A DNA stretch of 64,000 nucleotides from Spirochaetia bacterium. GTDB lineage: Bacteria; Spirochaetota; Spirochaetia; DSM-27196; Salinispiraceae. Of the stretch, positions 38,782 to 49,106 are shown piece by piece (the stretch's first letter is position 1; each line of letters starts with the position of its first letter). Location of the stretch: the NCBI GenBank assembly GCA_038204425.1, contig JBBRCZ010000002.1:220222-284221 (forward strand), given 5' to 3'. The notes under the pieces are model-generated. The model worked only from the letters and a program-made list of their open reading frames with translations. It was not told the DNA's origin and did not search any database. The position numbers and the translations under genes were made by a program.

Positions 38782-39342
38782 AGTACTACAAGCATCAGCA
38801 GTTCCACTTCGAGCTCGCCAACAAGTACAAGCACGGTGCCTCTGGTTTTAACAAGCATCCCTTCCGATGCCACAACTCTGGCAGAGGCTGGATACTCGAG
38901 TTCCAACCCTGAGGTCTACTCACTCGCCGATGGCGTTATTAGCTATACCGGCGACGATACAGTCCTCAATACAATAATCTCTACACCAAGCTATAGCTTG
39001 ACCCCAAGTGCCGGGCAAAAACCGGTCCAAAGCCAGGACTTTAAGATGAGCGATGTTGCAGCGGGCGGGGAGCGCGAAAAATTCTTCATCAATCTTGGTG
39101 GTTTAGAAATAATTTATAAGACTAGGACAGCTGCTGATCGCGGCAATAAGTATATTGGCATAGCTCCAGTTGGCCAGTCTCCCGCAAATCAGTACCGTAG
39201 CTACTACACCGCCAATCTTACTTGGTATACTTTGCGCACAGAAATTTCCGAAACTGGAGCGGTTGAAGTCTTCTTCAGCGGAAGTGCCACACCAAACGTT
39301 GCTGTTTTGACTTACCAAACTGACGCTGGTCTTACGTATTGA
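38782..39342 (+). pseudogene. Orphan C-terminal module: Ser/Thr linker plus unidentified beta-rich domain, with no signal peptide or obvious RBS
   Basis: After an in-frame TAA (38779-38781) the frame reads STTSISSSTSSSPTSTSTV and continues into the 168-aa ORF. Confidence 0.55.
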
Positions 39343-39444
39343 AGTTTGAGCCTCAAATTTGCAAGCGGTATAAAGAATGGTATAGCCGGAATCTCATTTA
39401 GAAACATAAGCGCCTTGCTGCAATAAAGTAGCGTAAGTCGGGAC

Positions 39445-40689
39445 TCAGCGACTATTTGGCGGTTGATCCGCATGATTGAGTGGATTCTGGCGCACAGAAA
39501 GATAAGCAAGCGCAATCATGGCTGCCAGTGAAGCTATCATGGCGCCAACTAGTGCGACTTGTGGACCACTAGTTGAGTCCAAGGCCAAACCAAAAGCCAA
39601 CGGACCGGCTGCGCGACCAAGGCTGCTTGCAAAGTTGACGGCCCCGTTGACGCGTCCAAAACTTCTTGAGCCAAAACATGTCGCCACAAGTGTGGCTCTA
39701 GCCGGAGTCATAACGCCATGTCCAATGCCAAAAAAGAATATAAAAGCAATTAAGTTGATAGGTGAAGGTAAGACTAAGAGTAGTGCAACCGCCAAGGCTT
39801 GAAGCAGGCACAAAATAGCGGCGATTGTTGAGCTTTTTAGACGCGTACCAACAAGTCCAAATCCAAATCGACCCACTACCTGAACGATTCCAACGGTACT
39901 GACTATGCTTGTTACCAAAAAAGCATCAATGCCTGTCTTACTAGCTACCAACAAAATGTTGGCACTCAACGCCGCCCAAGCTAGGCCTGACAGTCCCATA
40001 GCACCTGCAATTAGCCAAAACGTGCTGGTTCCAACAATATTCCGGGTAGACGAAGTGCTTGAATCCGGTGCCATAATTGTTGGTTTTTTTTTGGGCAGTG
40101 CTCGACTCACCAAGCAAAAGGGTAGTCCGACGCCCGCAAGAAAGATTAGCGAGAGTGCCGTCAAGGTATTGCGCCAACCGAGTGTAAACACTAAGAAACT
40201 GGTCAACGGTATGAGCACCGTACTGGCCAAGCCACCAAAAAAAGTCACCAGTGCGAGATCTCGGTGATTGCTGTCTGGTTTGCCATAATGATTAATGATC
40301 CAAAAGCAAGCGTCATATTGGATGCAAGGCATACATAGGCCGATGCCAATCCAAACAAGGTAAAAAGCGAACAAGTCATCAACTACTGACAAAGTAAACA
40401 ATAAAATGCTTACAAAAGCCGCAGCCAGCAGCATCAGTTTTTGTGGCCCGTGTTTGTCAAACCAAGCTCCCAAAAAGAGGCCTGAGAGAGCACAGGCAAT
40501 CAATGCTGCTGTAAAGGCACCGTTTACGTGGCCTATGCTCCAGCCTGTGGATTGGGTTACGGGTGCTAGAAGAACAGAAAACGCATAGTATGTGATACCC
40601 CAGCCAATCAGCTGGCTGGGGCCCATTATCCATGATACTTTGCGCATTATATCTTGAGACATCAAACTTTTCCTTAAAAGCAAGCTCAA
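39445..40689 (-). CDS. MFS transporter
   Basis: About 12 hydrophobic segments, GAWFDKHGP (motif A), QLIGWGITYYAF; start overlaps the stop of the hydrolase gene. Confidence 0.88.
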   Translation of the reverse strand: MSLLLRKSLMSQDIMRKVSWIMGPSQLIGWGITYYAFSVLLAPVTQSTGWSIGHVNGAFTAALIACALSGLFLGAWFDKHGPQKLMLLAAAFVSILLFTLSVVDDLFAFYLVWIGIGLCMPCIQYDACFWIINHYGKPDSNHRDLALVTFFGGLASTVLIPLTSFLVFTLGWRNTLTALSLIFLAGVGLPFCLVSRALPKKKPTIMAPDSSTSSTRNIVGTSTFWLIAGAMGLSGLAWAALSANILLVASKTGIDAFLVTSIVSTVGIVQVVGRFGFGLVGTRLKSSTIAAILCLLQALAVALLLVLPSPINLIAFIFFFGIGHGVMTPARATLVATCFGSRSFGRVNGAVNFASSLGRAAGPLAFGLALDSTSGPQVALVGAMIASLAAMIALAYLSVRQNPLNHADQPPNSR

Positions 40690-41798
40690 TCGTTAAACAG
40701 AAAGCCAAGTAAGTTGCGGTTGTGTGTAAAGTAGTCGGGTCCCGGAATCTGCCCCTGGTAGTTCCAAATCAGCAAGGGTAGGTCCATCTCATGAAGCGAG
40801 CCGTGTGCACGATACTCAGCTGGCAGGTCTTCATATTCGCTATCCATATCTCCAAACATGGTATCTTTGTCGCCGAATACCACCAAGTCACCCATGGCGT
40901 GAGCATCAAGATGATACTTCTGCGCAACAAAAACGGAATCTTCCACTGATTCCACCCCTTTTAGAGTAAGAAGATGGGTGCGGACTTCGGCTCGGTCAGA
41001 GTCTTGATTTAACCATAGCCAAGCGCATCCAGTGAAGTTGCGATGGTGCTTGATATAGTAATCGCGTTCGGGCGAAAGCACAAAGCGCACTGGGGTTGAG
41101 CGGTTTTTGAGTGCATGAGTCAAATCCCAACACCGGGTTTTAAAGTTCATGCCGTGATCCGCTGTCACAAAAAAGGCGACATCCTCAAACTTGCTGGCAA
41201 TTTTCGCCATTACCGAGTCTAAGGTCTTTAAGTGAGTTTTTGATTCCTCAGCTTCAGGTGACCAAGCGTGCATAGGGTAGTCGGTTATGTGAACATAGAT
41301 GAGATCCAGTTCTGGCTGGGTGTCCAGCAGCGTGTAGGCGGTTTCCCATAGCCAGTAATTTATCTCGCGACTGTAGATGCCACTTGCTGCGCCAAAACGT
41401 GCTTCTTCTTCTGGACTTAGATCCTCGGCAGCAATCGCTAGCGATGTATGGCTAGCAAATAGTTCTTTGGTTTTTCTCTTGCTGGTTAAGAGCGCTGTCT
41501 TTAAACCTTGGGCCTCAGCTCGGCTAAACACCGACGATCCCTGTACGCCAGAATTGAGATAAACAGCGGAATTGGTCTTGGGGTCAAACATCGAGTTGGC
41601 GCTAATACCATGGTCTTTGGGCCAAGATCCGGTGGCTATCGAGACATTGTTGACATTGGTGACACTAGGAAACATGCCTTTAACTTTTTTGTAAAAGCCG
41701 TCTTTGGCCATTTTCTGAAGCTGGGGGCAGGCGCCAGAGTTAAAGTATCCCAAACCCATTCCGTCCATCATTGCAACTACTATTCGTTGTTTTGCCAT
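40686..41798 (-). CDS. Alkaline-phosphatase-superfamily hydrolase, phosphonoacetate hydrolase (PhnA)-like
   Basis: MMDG, FPSVTNVNNVSIATG (Thr nucleophile), TDYPMH, TADHGM and RAHGS. Confidence 0.8.
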   Translation of the reverse strand: MAKQRIVVAMMDGMGLGYFNSGACPQLQKMAKDGFYKKVKGMFPSVTNVNNVSIATGSWPKDHGISANSMFDPKTNSAVYLNSGVQGSSVFSRAEAQGLKTALLTSKRKTKELFASHTSLAIAAEDLSPEEEARFGAASGIYSREINYWLWETAYTLLDTQPELDLIYVHITDYPMHAWSPEAEESKTHLKTLDSVMAKIASKFEDVAFFVTADHGMNFKTRCWDLTHALKNRSTPVRFVLSPERDYYIKHHRNFTGCAWLWLNQDSDRAEVRTHLLTLKGVESVEDSVFVAQKYHLDAHAMGDLVVFGDKDTMFGDMDSEYEDLPAEYRAHGSLHEMDLPLLIWNYQGQIPGPDYFTHNRNLLGFLFND

Positions 41799-41802
41799 TT
41801 CA

Positions 41803-42471
41803 CTAGTCCTTCTGGGCCTTGATGTACCAGTGCCAAGCACCGGCGTAGTTCTTCTGTTCGTATTCTTCAATTTCAATAATTCTTAGGCCATCAAGAATCT
41901 CTTCTAGATCCGCTTTGTTGGCATAGCAGTGAGCGTGAGCTTTGTCATCTTGACTACTGTCGATCCACGTGTGGACATCAATCTCGACACCTTTGCCAAA
42001 GTTGCTGTTGCGCTTGGAGATAAAAGTTGCTTCAAACAAGCCACCTTGGCTCAAAATACGTTTGACTTCGGACACGGCTAGGTTAAGCTCCTGGCGCGAG
42101 CCATGATACAAAACGTTCCAAGACAAGACATAGTCAAAAAACTTATCTTGATAGGGCAAACTGGTCATGTTTGCTTGGGATAGTCTAATTACTTGCGACG
42201 TTTGAGCCAGTTGCTCAGACACCAGATCCAGTGAACTAGTGCTTGCGTCGCAGCCGTAGCTCTCGATGCCTGCCGTGACCATAGCTAAAATATGACGCCC
42301 CGCTCCGCATCCCAAATCAAGGGACCGTAAAGCATCTGGGGCCCGCTGTTCGCAAAGCTTGGCGATAGTGTGTAAGGCTCGGCTCTCGGGGACTTGCCAG
42401 GACTTGCGTGCCTCAGGGTCAGCCCATTGGGTATCCCAAAAAATGTGGGCATTTGCATTGATAGAACTCAT
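41803..42471 (-). CDS. Class I SAM-dependent methyltransferase
   Basis: LDLGCGAGRH, LPYQDKFFDYV and RILSQGG motifs. Confidence 0.9.
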   Translation of the reverse strand: MSSINANAHIFWDTQWADPEARKSWQVPESRALHTIAKLCEQRAPDALRSLDLGCGAGRHILAMVTAGIESYGCDASTSSLDLVSEQLAQTSQVIRLSQANMTSLPYQDKFFDYVLSWNVLYHGSRQELNLAVSEVKRILSQGGLFEATFISKRNSNFGKGVEIDVHTWIDSSQDDKAHAHCYANKADLEEILDGLRIIEIEEYEQKNYAGAWHWYIKAQKD

Positions 42472-42486
42472 CTTGTTTCCTTATAG

Positions 42487-43323
42487 TTAAAAAAGTCTTT
42501 TTCGCGCCAAGGCACTTAGCCGTTCCACTAAGATGACCAGTGCAAAAATGAGCAGTATGACGGTGGCGGCCTCTTTATAGGCAAACATGTCCATAGCTGC
42601 TTTAAGTTCGATTCCTACGCCACCGGCCCCAACTAAACCTAGAATAACTGAGGCTCTAACAGCCTTTTCTAGAGAGAAAAGGGAGGAGTTGATAAACGAT
42701 GGAAGAGCGGCTGGAATCACAGCAGTAAAAACTACGGCGATTTTTTGTGCACCAATTGCAAGCAAGGCTTGCTGTGGTTCTTGGTCTACTTCTTCCATGG
42801 CCTCAGCAAAAAAGCGGCCGCAGAAACCCATGGTGTCAACCATGATGGTCAGTATGCCCGCAAAAGGCCCCAAGCCAACCGATGCAACAAAAAAGATAGC
42901 CCATACCAAGTCTGGTACCGTGCGAAAGAACGAGATAAGACCTCTGGATGCTCCGTAGATTAGGGGGTTGTGGCTCAGGTTGCGAGCGGCACCCAGACTC
43001 AAAAAAAAACTTCCAATAATACCTAGGGCAGTGCCGACCAGAGCCATTTGGAAGGTCTCAAGCAAAGCCCAGGACATGGACCCAATTCGGTTAAAGTCAG
43101 GCGGAACCATTTCTCCTAGGATCCGTATCATGTCGGGGACTCCTAAGACTAAATCAACAACTGAAAAACCAGTGCTAATTAGCGACCAGATGATCAAAAT
43201 GGCAAAGATAAGTCCAAAGGATACGCCTCCAAAGCTTGGACGTTTAAACCGTTGCGGCATGCTTGTTAGAAGCAAGTTTGCTTCAATCGTAGATTTTTTT
43301 GAGTTCACTTTTTTTAACCTCAT
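42487..43323 (-). CDS. phnE: Phosphonate-type ABC transporter permease
   Basis: ETFQMA, RTVPDLVWA, GLGPFAG and LGLVGAGGVG. Confidence 0.9.
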   Translation of the reverse strand: MRLKKVNSKKSTIEANLLLTSMPQRFKRPSFGGVSFGLIFAILIIWSLISTGFSVVDLVLGVPDMIRILGEMVPPDFNRIGSMSWALLETFQMALVGTALGIIGSFFLSLGAARNLSHNPLIYGASRGLISFFRTVPDLVWAIFFVASVGLGPFAGILTIMVDTMGFCGRFFAEAMEEVDQEPQQALLAIGAQKIAVVFTAVIPAALPSFINSSLFSLEKAVRASVILGLVGAGGVGIELKAAMDMFAYKEAATVILLIFALVILVERLSALARKRLF

Positions 43324-44041
43324 CGCGTCTTTTGTCTACAATTACTTCGCCGTGCTTCATGGCTACTATTCGATCTGCGTACTCCAGGGCATGGTCTAGA
43401 TCGTGAGAAACAAAAAGCAGACTTACGCCTTTTTCGGCCACAAGCTTAACAAAAAGTGCCATGATTTCGTGTCCAACCCTAGGGTCAAGACTGGCTACCG
43501 GTTCATCTGCCAGGAGAAGAGCCGGGTCTTGCATCAGTGCCCGTGCTATGGCCACCCGCTGTGACTCGCCACCAGACAAGTTGGATGCCCGTTGGCCGCT
43601 CAAATGGCCCAAGCCAACCGCAATCAAACAATCCAGTGCCTTTTGTCTGATGGGTTCCGGGGTCAGGGCCTGCAACCAGTAACGAAAGCTGGAATTGACT
43701 CCCAAGTAACCATGGATGACGTTGCTTAGGCTAGAAAGTCGCGGAACAAGATTGTGTTTTTGAAAAACGAAACCAAGCCTAGTGCGAGCAGATCGCAGCT
43801 CTTTGTCATCCATTTGACACAGGTCTTGCCCCTCTAAGAGCACGCTTCCAGTGTCTGGTTTAACCAAACGGTTGCAGCATTTCAACAGAGTTGATTTGCC
43901 GCAACCATTGGAACCTAACAGGGCAACCGACTCACCTTGGCGCAGTTCTAGCTTGACGTTTTTTAATACTTTTCTTCCATCGTAGCTTTTTCCCAAGCCT
44001 TCGATGGTCAAAAGCGCGGGTGACCTTTCTTTGTGCCCCAT
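43283..44041 (-). CDS. phnC: Phosphonate-type ABC transporter ATPase
   Basis: GSNGCGKST, FQKHNLV, LSGGESQRVAIARAL and ADEPVASLDP. Confidence 0.9.
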   Translation of the reverse strand: MGHKERSPALLTIEGLGKSYDGRKVLKNVKLELRQGESVALLGSNGCGKSTLLKCCNRLVKPDTGSVLLEGQDLCQMDDKELRSARTRLGFVFQKHNLVPRLSSLSNVIHGYLGVNSSFRYWLQALTPEPIRQKALDCLIAVGLGHLSGQRASNLSGGESQRVAIARALMQDPALLLADEPVASLDPRVGHEIMALFVKLVAEKGVSLLFVSHDLDHALEYADRIVAMKHGEVIVDKRRDEVKKSELKKIYD

Positions 44042-44048
44042 ATACGTG

Positions 44049-44924
44049 CTACTCGATAAACTTAGAAAACTGAGGATAACCAGCCGTCAAGTACATTTGG
44101 CGAATATAGTTATAAGCTTTGTCTTCTAGATTTGCGACAAACTTCATTCCTATAAACTTCTTGTTGTCTTCACCCTTGACTATTTCGGCCGTCAAAGCTG
44201 TTGAGTTGGCAATCATAATCGCCTTGAGTCTTGCAACGACAGCGTCGGGGACGTGCGAACCGGCCAAAATTACATCGCTTGGTAAATCTGCACCACGGGC
44301 AAGTACCCTGAATGCTCCCTGCTCAAAAGCCGTCTCGGCAGCACGCAAGGAAAGAAACTTGTCTGCAGTGGTAGAGAAGGCCGCTACGTCACCTCGTTTG
44401 AGTGCTTCCCAACCGAGGCGAATGCTTGTGTGCACGCGCTCAATTTGCTTTAGAGGATCCAGTCCAGCGTCCTTTAGCAGTTGCAAAGGAGCCAAATGCT
44501 TGGATGTCGAACCAATGTCGCCCAAGGCAAACTTCTTGCCCTTGAGATCGCTAAGGCTGTCAAAACCACTGTCAGCTAAGACCGCAATAACTGCGTAGTA
44601 GTCTGGTCTAGCCAAACCAGCGACGATCTTTGGCTGGGTCAAGGTCTTAAAGATAACGTATTCTGCTGGTCCAGTAAGAACAAAGTCAACTTTTTTGGAC
44701 TTCATTGCCTCAACAGCTGCGGTTCTGCTTCCTACGGGGAAGAACTTAAACGTATAGCCTGTTAGTGCCTCAAGCCTTTCCTTAAATGGACCAAATTCTC
44801 TCTGTAGTTGCTCAAGACCTTCTAGGTCGGTAACTGCAAAAGAATAAGTCTGCGCTACTGCATTGCTGATTCCCAAACTGAGGAATACTGCAAGCACGGT
44901 AAATACTTTTAAAAGCCTTTTCAT
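44049..44924 (-). CDS. phnD: Phosphate/phosphite/phosphonate ABC substrate-binding protein
   Basis: Signal peptide; GPAEY and DLKGKKFALGDIGSTSKHL (STS anion-binding motif); AGGAGG RBS. Confidence 0.85.
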   Translation of the reverse strand: MKRLLKVFTVLAVFLSLGISNAVAQTYSFAVTDLEGLEQLQREFGPFKERLEALTGYTFKFFPVGSRTAAVEAMKSKKVDFVLTGPAEYVIFKTLTQPKIVAGLARPDYYAVIAVLADSGFDSLSDLKGKKFALGDIGSTSKHLAPLQLLKDAGLDPLKQIERVHTSIRLGWEALKRGDVAAFSTTADKFLSLRAAETAFEQGAFRVLARGADLPSDVILAGSHVPDAVVARLKAIMIANSTALTAEIVKGEDNKKFIGMKFVANLEDKAYNYIRQMYLTAGYPQFSKFIE

Positions 44925-45025
44925 ACTGGCCTCCTTGCTCTCGCCACTATGCGGCCGCTGCGTGTTGGGGCCATTTCTCTAAAGTTAGATATCAATGATT
45001 TTTGAGAATGATTAATCATATTTTC

Positions 45026-45040
45026 ATAACTGAAGCTTAT
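45026..45040. promoter_or_regulatory. LysR-type binding box (ATAA-N7-TTAT)
   Basis: ATAACTGAAGCTTAT in the divergent phnD/LysR spacer; fits T-N11-A. Confidence 0.6.
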
Positions 45041-45050
45041 AGTTGGCGCC

Positions 45051-45944
45051 ATGAACATCACCGAACGACACATGGAGGCCTTTTTGGCCTTGATTCGCTA
45101 CAAAAGCGTCTCACGTGCAGCTGCCGAACTTGGGATCAGCCAGCCTGGACTTAGCAAAATAATCCAGGCCTTGGAGGTCCACTTTGAAACTGAACTGTTT
45201 CATCGACTAGGTCGCCGTTTGGTGATAAACCATCAAGGTACTTTATTGATAGGTCGGGCAGAACGACACCTAGAAAGTTGGCGCTCTCTCAAAGCAAGTC
45301 TCTTGCCCGATGCCGATGGTCTGCACGGTCTGCTTGTTTTGGGAGCCACCTCAAGCATAGCCAACAATGTGCTTCCCAACATTATTGCTCGTTTTGGCCA
45401 ACGTAACCCAAAGCTTACCATTAGATTGATTGCTGGCAATTACAAGACTACCTTGCAAAACCTATTGGACCATGATATTGATCTGGGACTTGTGGCATCT
45501 GACTGCTATGCAGCCGGGGTAGAAAGTACTTTCTGGCGCCAAGATCAGCTGCAGATTTTTTGCAGTATTCAGCACCCATTGGCTAGCTATCCGCCGCAGT
45601 CTGTGTCGGATTTTGTCCACTATGAGTGGTACGGACGGGAGCAGGGATCGAGTACGCGCATGCTCTTTGAAAAAGCGCTTAGAGATAGCGGCGTAGTACC
45701 TAAGGTCAGAATAGAACTTAGTTCAAACGAAGCGGTCATCAAAGCAGTTATCGCCGGACGAGGTTTAGCTTGTTTGTCAAGTTCGGCCCTAATTGATTAT
45801 TTAGCCAACAAAACAATAGTTTGTTTGCCTTGCCCATGGCTTTTGTTAAAACGACCCTGGAACATCGTTCATCTACACCAGCGCATCAGTTCGCCAGCGA
45901 TAACGCAGTTTCGAGATCAAATTTTATCGATACACGAAACTTGA
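45051..45944 (+). CDS. LysR family transcriptional regulator (CysL/YeiE-like)
   Basis: SVSRAAAELGISQPGLS HTH, LFHR and REQGSSTR; divergent from the phn operon. Confidence 0.92.
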   Translation: MNITERHMEAFLALIRYKSVSRAAAELGISQPGLSKIIQALEVHFETELFHRLGRRLVINHQGTLLIGRAERHLESWRSLKASLLPDADGLHGLLVLGATSSIANNVLPNIIARFGQRNPKLTIRLIAGNYKTTLQNLLDHDIDLGLVASDCYAAGVESTFWRQDQLQIFCSIQHPLASYPPQSVSDFVHYEWYGREQGSSTRMLFEKALRDSGVVPKVRIELSSNEAVIKAVIAGRGLACLSSSALIDYLANKTIVCLPCPWLLLKRPWNIVHLHQRISSPAITQFRDQILSIHET

Positions 45945-46010
45945 TTTTAGAACGTCGATAGTAATGATGCCTAGCCTAGACAGCGACAACTAAAAATAAT
46001 GGGTAGAAAC

Positions 46011-46535
46011 ATGAAGATACTTGTTACGGGCAGAACTAACGGCATGGGCAAGGGTGTTGCAAAAATATTGGCCGGAATGACGCAAGAGAAAAATGAACTT
46101 ATTATTCTTTGCAGATCACAAGAGTTGGGCCAAAAAACCATAGAAGAACTCAAAACAGCAACGCCAGGTGCTGTAGTTTCTATAGTCCTGTGTGATCTTG
46201 CTCGAATGAGTGATGTCAGGTCAGCTGTTGGATTTGAGATACCCAAGACTGTTTGGACAAATCAGCTCAACATAATCCCTCGTTTTATGAAGGCCATGGC
46301 AACACTTATGAAGTGGCTGGGTGCTTTCATTACCATAGAAAGATGTGGAGAAATTATGGCTCCGCTGTTTCTCGAAAGCCAAGAAAGTATCCTTGAAAAA
46401 TCGGGAAAACTCTACACGTGGACCAAAGCCGGTTTTCTGGAAAAGCAGGAGGACGAGAAGGTACTCAATCGGGCCTCGCGCCAAAGATTGTGGAAGATAA
46501 GCATGGAACTATGCCAATCTCGCTCTCCAACGTGA
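46011..46535 (+). pseudogene. Short-chain dehydrogenase remnant with in-frame internal deletion
   Basis: MKILVTGRTNGMG and CDLA N-terminal elements join directly to the C-terminal part (..QRLWKISMEL); no NNAG-type or YxxxK core. Confidence 0.65.
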
Positions 46536-46596
46536 GTTTGTGTTGAGTTAACAAAAAAGGGCTTGTAAAAATTCGAATGTAAAGTATACTTTACAT

Positions 46597-47778
46597 ATGA
46601 AAAAGTTAATTTTAGTGATTGTCATTTTAATAGTAGGTATAATTGGTGCAGTTTATCTTAGCTTTGCAAGCGGCCATTCCAAAACTAGTGCCGCGCCAGA
46701 CGCGCTGCAAGCAGGTACTGTTGCAGAAGCTGCTGGCCCAGAAACGTCTTCTAACACTTTTGCAAAAGCAATTCTTGCAGGGGGATGTTTTTGGTGTGTT
46801 GAGGCTGACTTGCAAAAGTACCAGGGCGTAATTGATGTGGTCTCCGGTTATGCGGGAGGATCTGGCAAAAATCCAAGCTATCAGGACTATGCCAGAAGAG
46901 GGTTTAGAGAAGTGGTGCAAGTGAGCTATGATCCTACGAAAGTTAGCTATGGAAATCTTGTTGATTATGTAATTCGGCACAGCGACGCGACCGACGCAAA
47001 TGGATCATTTAATGACCGCGGAATAGAATACACTTCTGCAGCCTATTACCTTTCTCCTGAGGAAAAGCTGGCTGCAGAAGCAATTGTAGTCGCAATTGAT
47101 AGACTCAAAGTTTATACAAAACCTCTGTCCCTATATATTGTCCCAAGCGTAACATTCTGGCCCGCCGAAGAATATCACCAAGACTATGCAAAAAAAAATC
47201 CACTTAAGTATTCATACTATCGAATAGCGTCTGGACGCGATGCATTTATTGCAAAGCACTGGGGATCCAATACCGTTCCGCTAGCAAGCCCTGAGTCCAA
47301 TTCAACGGCCAAAACTACTACGAGCCATCTTTGGAACAAGTTTGTAAAACCGAGCAACGCAGAGTTGCGAGCAAAACTCACCCCAATTCAATACAGAGTT
47401 ACTCAAGAGGAAGGCACGGAAACCCCATTTAACAACCAATACGATAAAAACTATTCCGCTGGAATTTATGTGGATATTGTTTCTGGTGAGCCGCTTTTTT
47501 CTTCAAAAGACAAATTTGATTCCGGTACTGGTTGGCCCTCTTTTGTCAAAGCAATTTTTGCTTCCGCACTTACCGAAAAAACTGACAATGGATTGTTTAC
47601 CAGCAGGACGGAAATCCGTTCTGCAATCGCAGATTCTCACTTGGGACATGTCTTTGATGATGGCCCAAGAGACCGAGGCGGAAAAAGATACTGCATGAAC
47701 TCCGCGGCAATGAAATTTATACCAAAAGTAGAGATGAAAAACCTTGGATACGCGGACTACCTAAGGTTTATTGAATAA
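46597..47778 (+). CDS. msrAB: Bifunctional methionine sulfoxide reductase MsrA/MsrB with N-terminal membrane anchor
   Basis: AGGCFWC and AEEYHQDY (MsrA); [17 protein letters not shown] and RYCMNS (MsrB). Confidence 0.95.
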   Translation: MKKLILVIVILIVGIIGAVYLSFASGHSKTSAAPDALQAGTVAEAAGPETSSNTFAKAILAGGCFWCVEADLQKYQGVIDVVSGYAGGSGKNPSYQDYARRGFREVVQVSYDPTKVSYGNLVDYVIRHSDATDANGSFNDRGIEYTSAAYYLSPEEKLAAEAIVVAIDRLKVYTKPLSLYIVPSVTFWPAEEYHQDYAKKNPLKYSYYRIASGRDAFIAKHWGSNTVPLASPESNSTAKTTTSHLWNKFVKPSNAELRAKLTPIQYRVTQEEGTETPFNNQYDKNYSAGIYVDIVSGEPLFSSKDKFDSGTGWPSFVKAIFASALTEKTDNGLFTSRTEIRSAIADSHLGHVFDDGPRDRGGKRYCMNSAAMKFIPKVEMKNLGYADYLRFIE

Positions 47779-47804
47779 TGTTGCGCAGGAGCTCATTTGT
47801 GTAA

Positions 47805-49106
47805 TCAAACCGGCAGTTTTTCGATCAAACTATACGGGTAAATTCCAGATGAATGACCGTCGCTCCAGTGAACCACAATCGCATAGTTGCCAAGTGGTAA
47901 GACGGATTCTGCCCTAACGTCGGCAGCAATATTCTCTGCTTTGATGAGCTTCTTTCCGCTATATTCGTCAACACAACCGGCACAGGGACATGCTAGACGG
48001 AGTGCTCTGTGCTGCAAGCTATACTTACGACCATCAGCCCAAGAAAGGTTTATAGCTTGGTCGCTTATGCTAATAGTAGGTCTTTCCAGTTTTTCCGCAG
48101 TCTGCATACCAAGTGAGCGAATAACCTGGTCCACCATATTTACCACATCAACATCCCCTGCTGACTCAGATAATTTTCTACTCATTTCGGGCTTGAGTGG
48201 AATCTCTGCCAAAGTTTTTAGGCCATAGGTATCTTCCAAGGAGGTCTTGGTCGAATCGCCAAAAATATAGTGTTTTTTATCGCAGTTGTCACATAAGAAA
48301 TAACTCATGTTTTCTACAATGCCAAGCATTGGCACATTAACTTTTTCAAACATTTCTATGCCTTTGCTTACATCAACTAATGACAAGGACTGGCGAGTTG
48401 TAACAATAACAGCACCGGTAATTTGAACTGTTTGCGTAATAGTTAGCTGAATATCGCCTGTACCAGGTGGCAAGTCTAGGATCAAATAATCAAGCTCCTC
48501 CCAGGCAGTCTGGTTTAAGACCTGCTGAATGTAGCCAGCAACCATCGGCCCGCGCATAATAGCTGGCCCACTGCCCATTAGAAAGCCAAAAGACATCAGC
48601 TTAAGCCCATTTTCAGCAACATAAGGTAGCAACAAATTGTCAGCTGTTTGCATAATCCGTGCATCATGAATATTAAACAAGGTTGGCACTGAAGGGCCAA
48701 ACAAATCCGTGTCTAAAAGACCAACCTTAAAGCCACGTGTTGCCAGTTCGTCTGCCAAATGAGCAGCAACTGTTGACTTCCCAACTCCGCCTTTACACGA
48801 AGCTACGGCAATAATACTCTTAACATTTTTCATGGCGTCGGAGTTGTTTGCTCGTTGCTTTTGCGGCCGGCTGGTCATATTAACCGCAACTTGTTTGACT
48901 CCCTCCAAGGCTAGGACGGCCTTTTCGGCAGATCTCTGAAACTCCACTTTTATGGGGCAGGCCGGTGTGGTCAACTCGATATCAAAAGCAACTAGGTCAT
49001 CAGATATCTTCATGTTCTTTATAAACCCGAGTGAAACAATGTCTTTCTTAAAATCCGGATCAATTATATGTGATAACGCCTGCAAAACAGACTCTTGAGT
49101 AAGCAT
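47805..49106 (-). CDS. mrp: Mrp/ApbC Fe-S carrier with N-terminal DUF59 and C-terminal DUF971 domains
   Basis: DPD..DIVSLG, TTPACP, KGGVGKST, DLPPGTGD, ENMS..CxxC; LRLACPCAGC..WSDGHSSGIY. Confidence 0.9.
   Translation of the reverse strand: MLTQESVLQALSHIIDPDFKKDIVSLGFIKNMKISDDLVAFDIELTTPACPIKVEFQRSAEKAVLALEGVKQVAVNMTSRPQKQRANNSDAMKNVKSIIAVASCKGGVGKSTVAAHLADELATRGFKVGLLDTDLFGPSVPTLFNIHDARIMQTADNLLLPYVAENGLKLMSFGFLMGSGPAIMRGPMVAGYIQQVLNQTAWEELDYLILDLPPGTGDIQLTITQTVQITGAVIVTTRQSLSLVDVSKGIEMFEKVNVPMLGIVENMSYFLCDNCDKKHYIFGDSTKTSLEDTYGLKTLAEIPLKPEMSRKLSESAGDVDVVNMVDQVIRSLGMQTAEKLERPTISISDQAINLSWADGRKYSLQHRALRLACPCAGCVDEYSGKKLIKAENIAADVRAESVLPLGNYAIVVHWSDGHSSGIYPYSLIEKLPV

Noticed and set aside
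19015..39342. Paralogous lipoproteins plus orphan module as a diversity-generating retroelement or invertible locus
   Set aside because: No reverse transcriptase or recombinase in the window and no adenine-specific template/variable repeat pair
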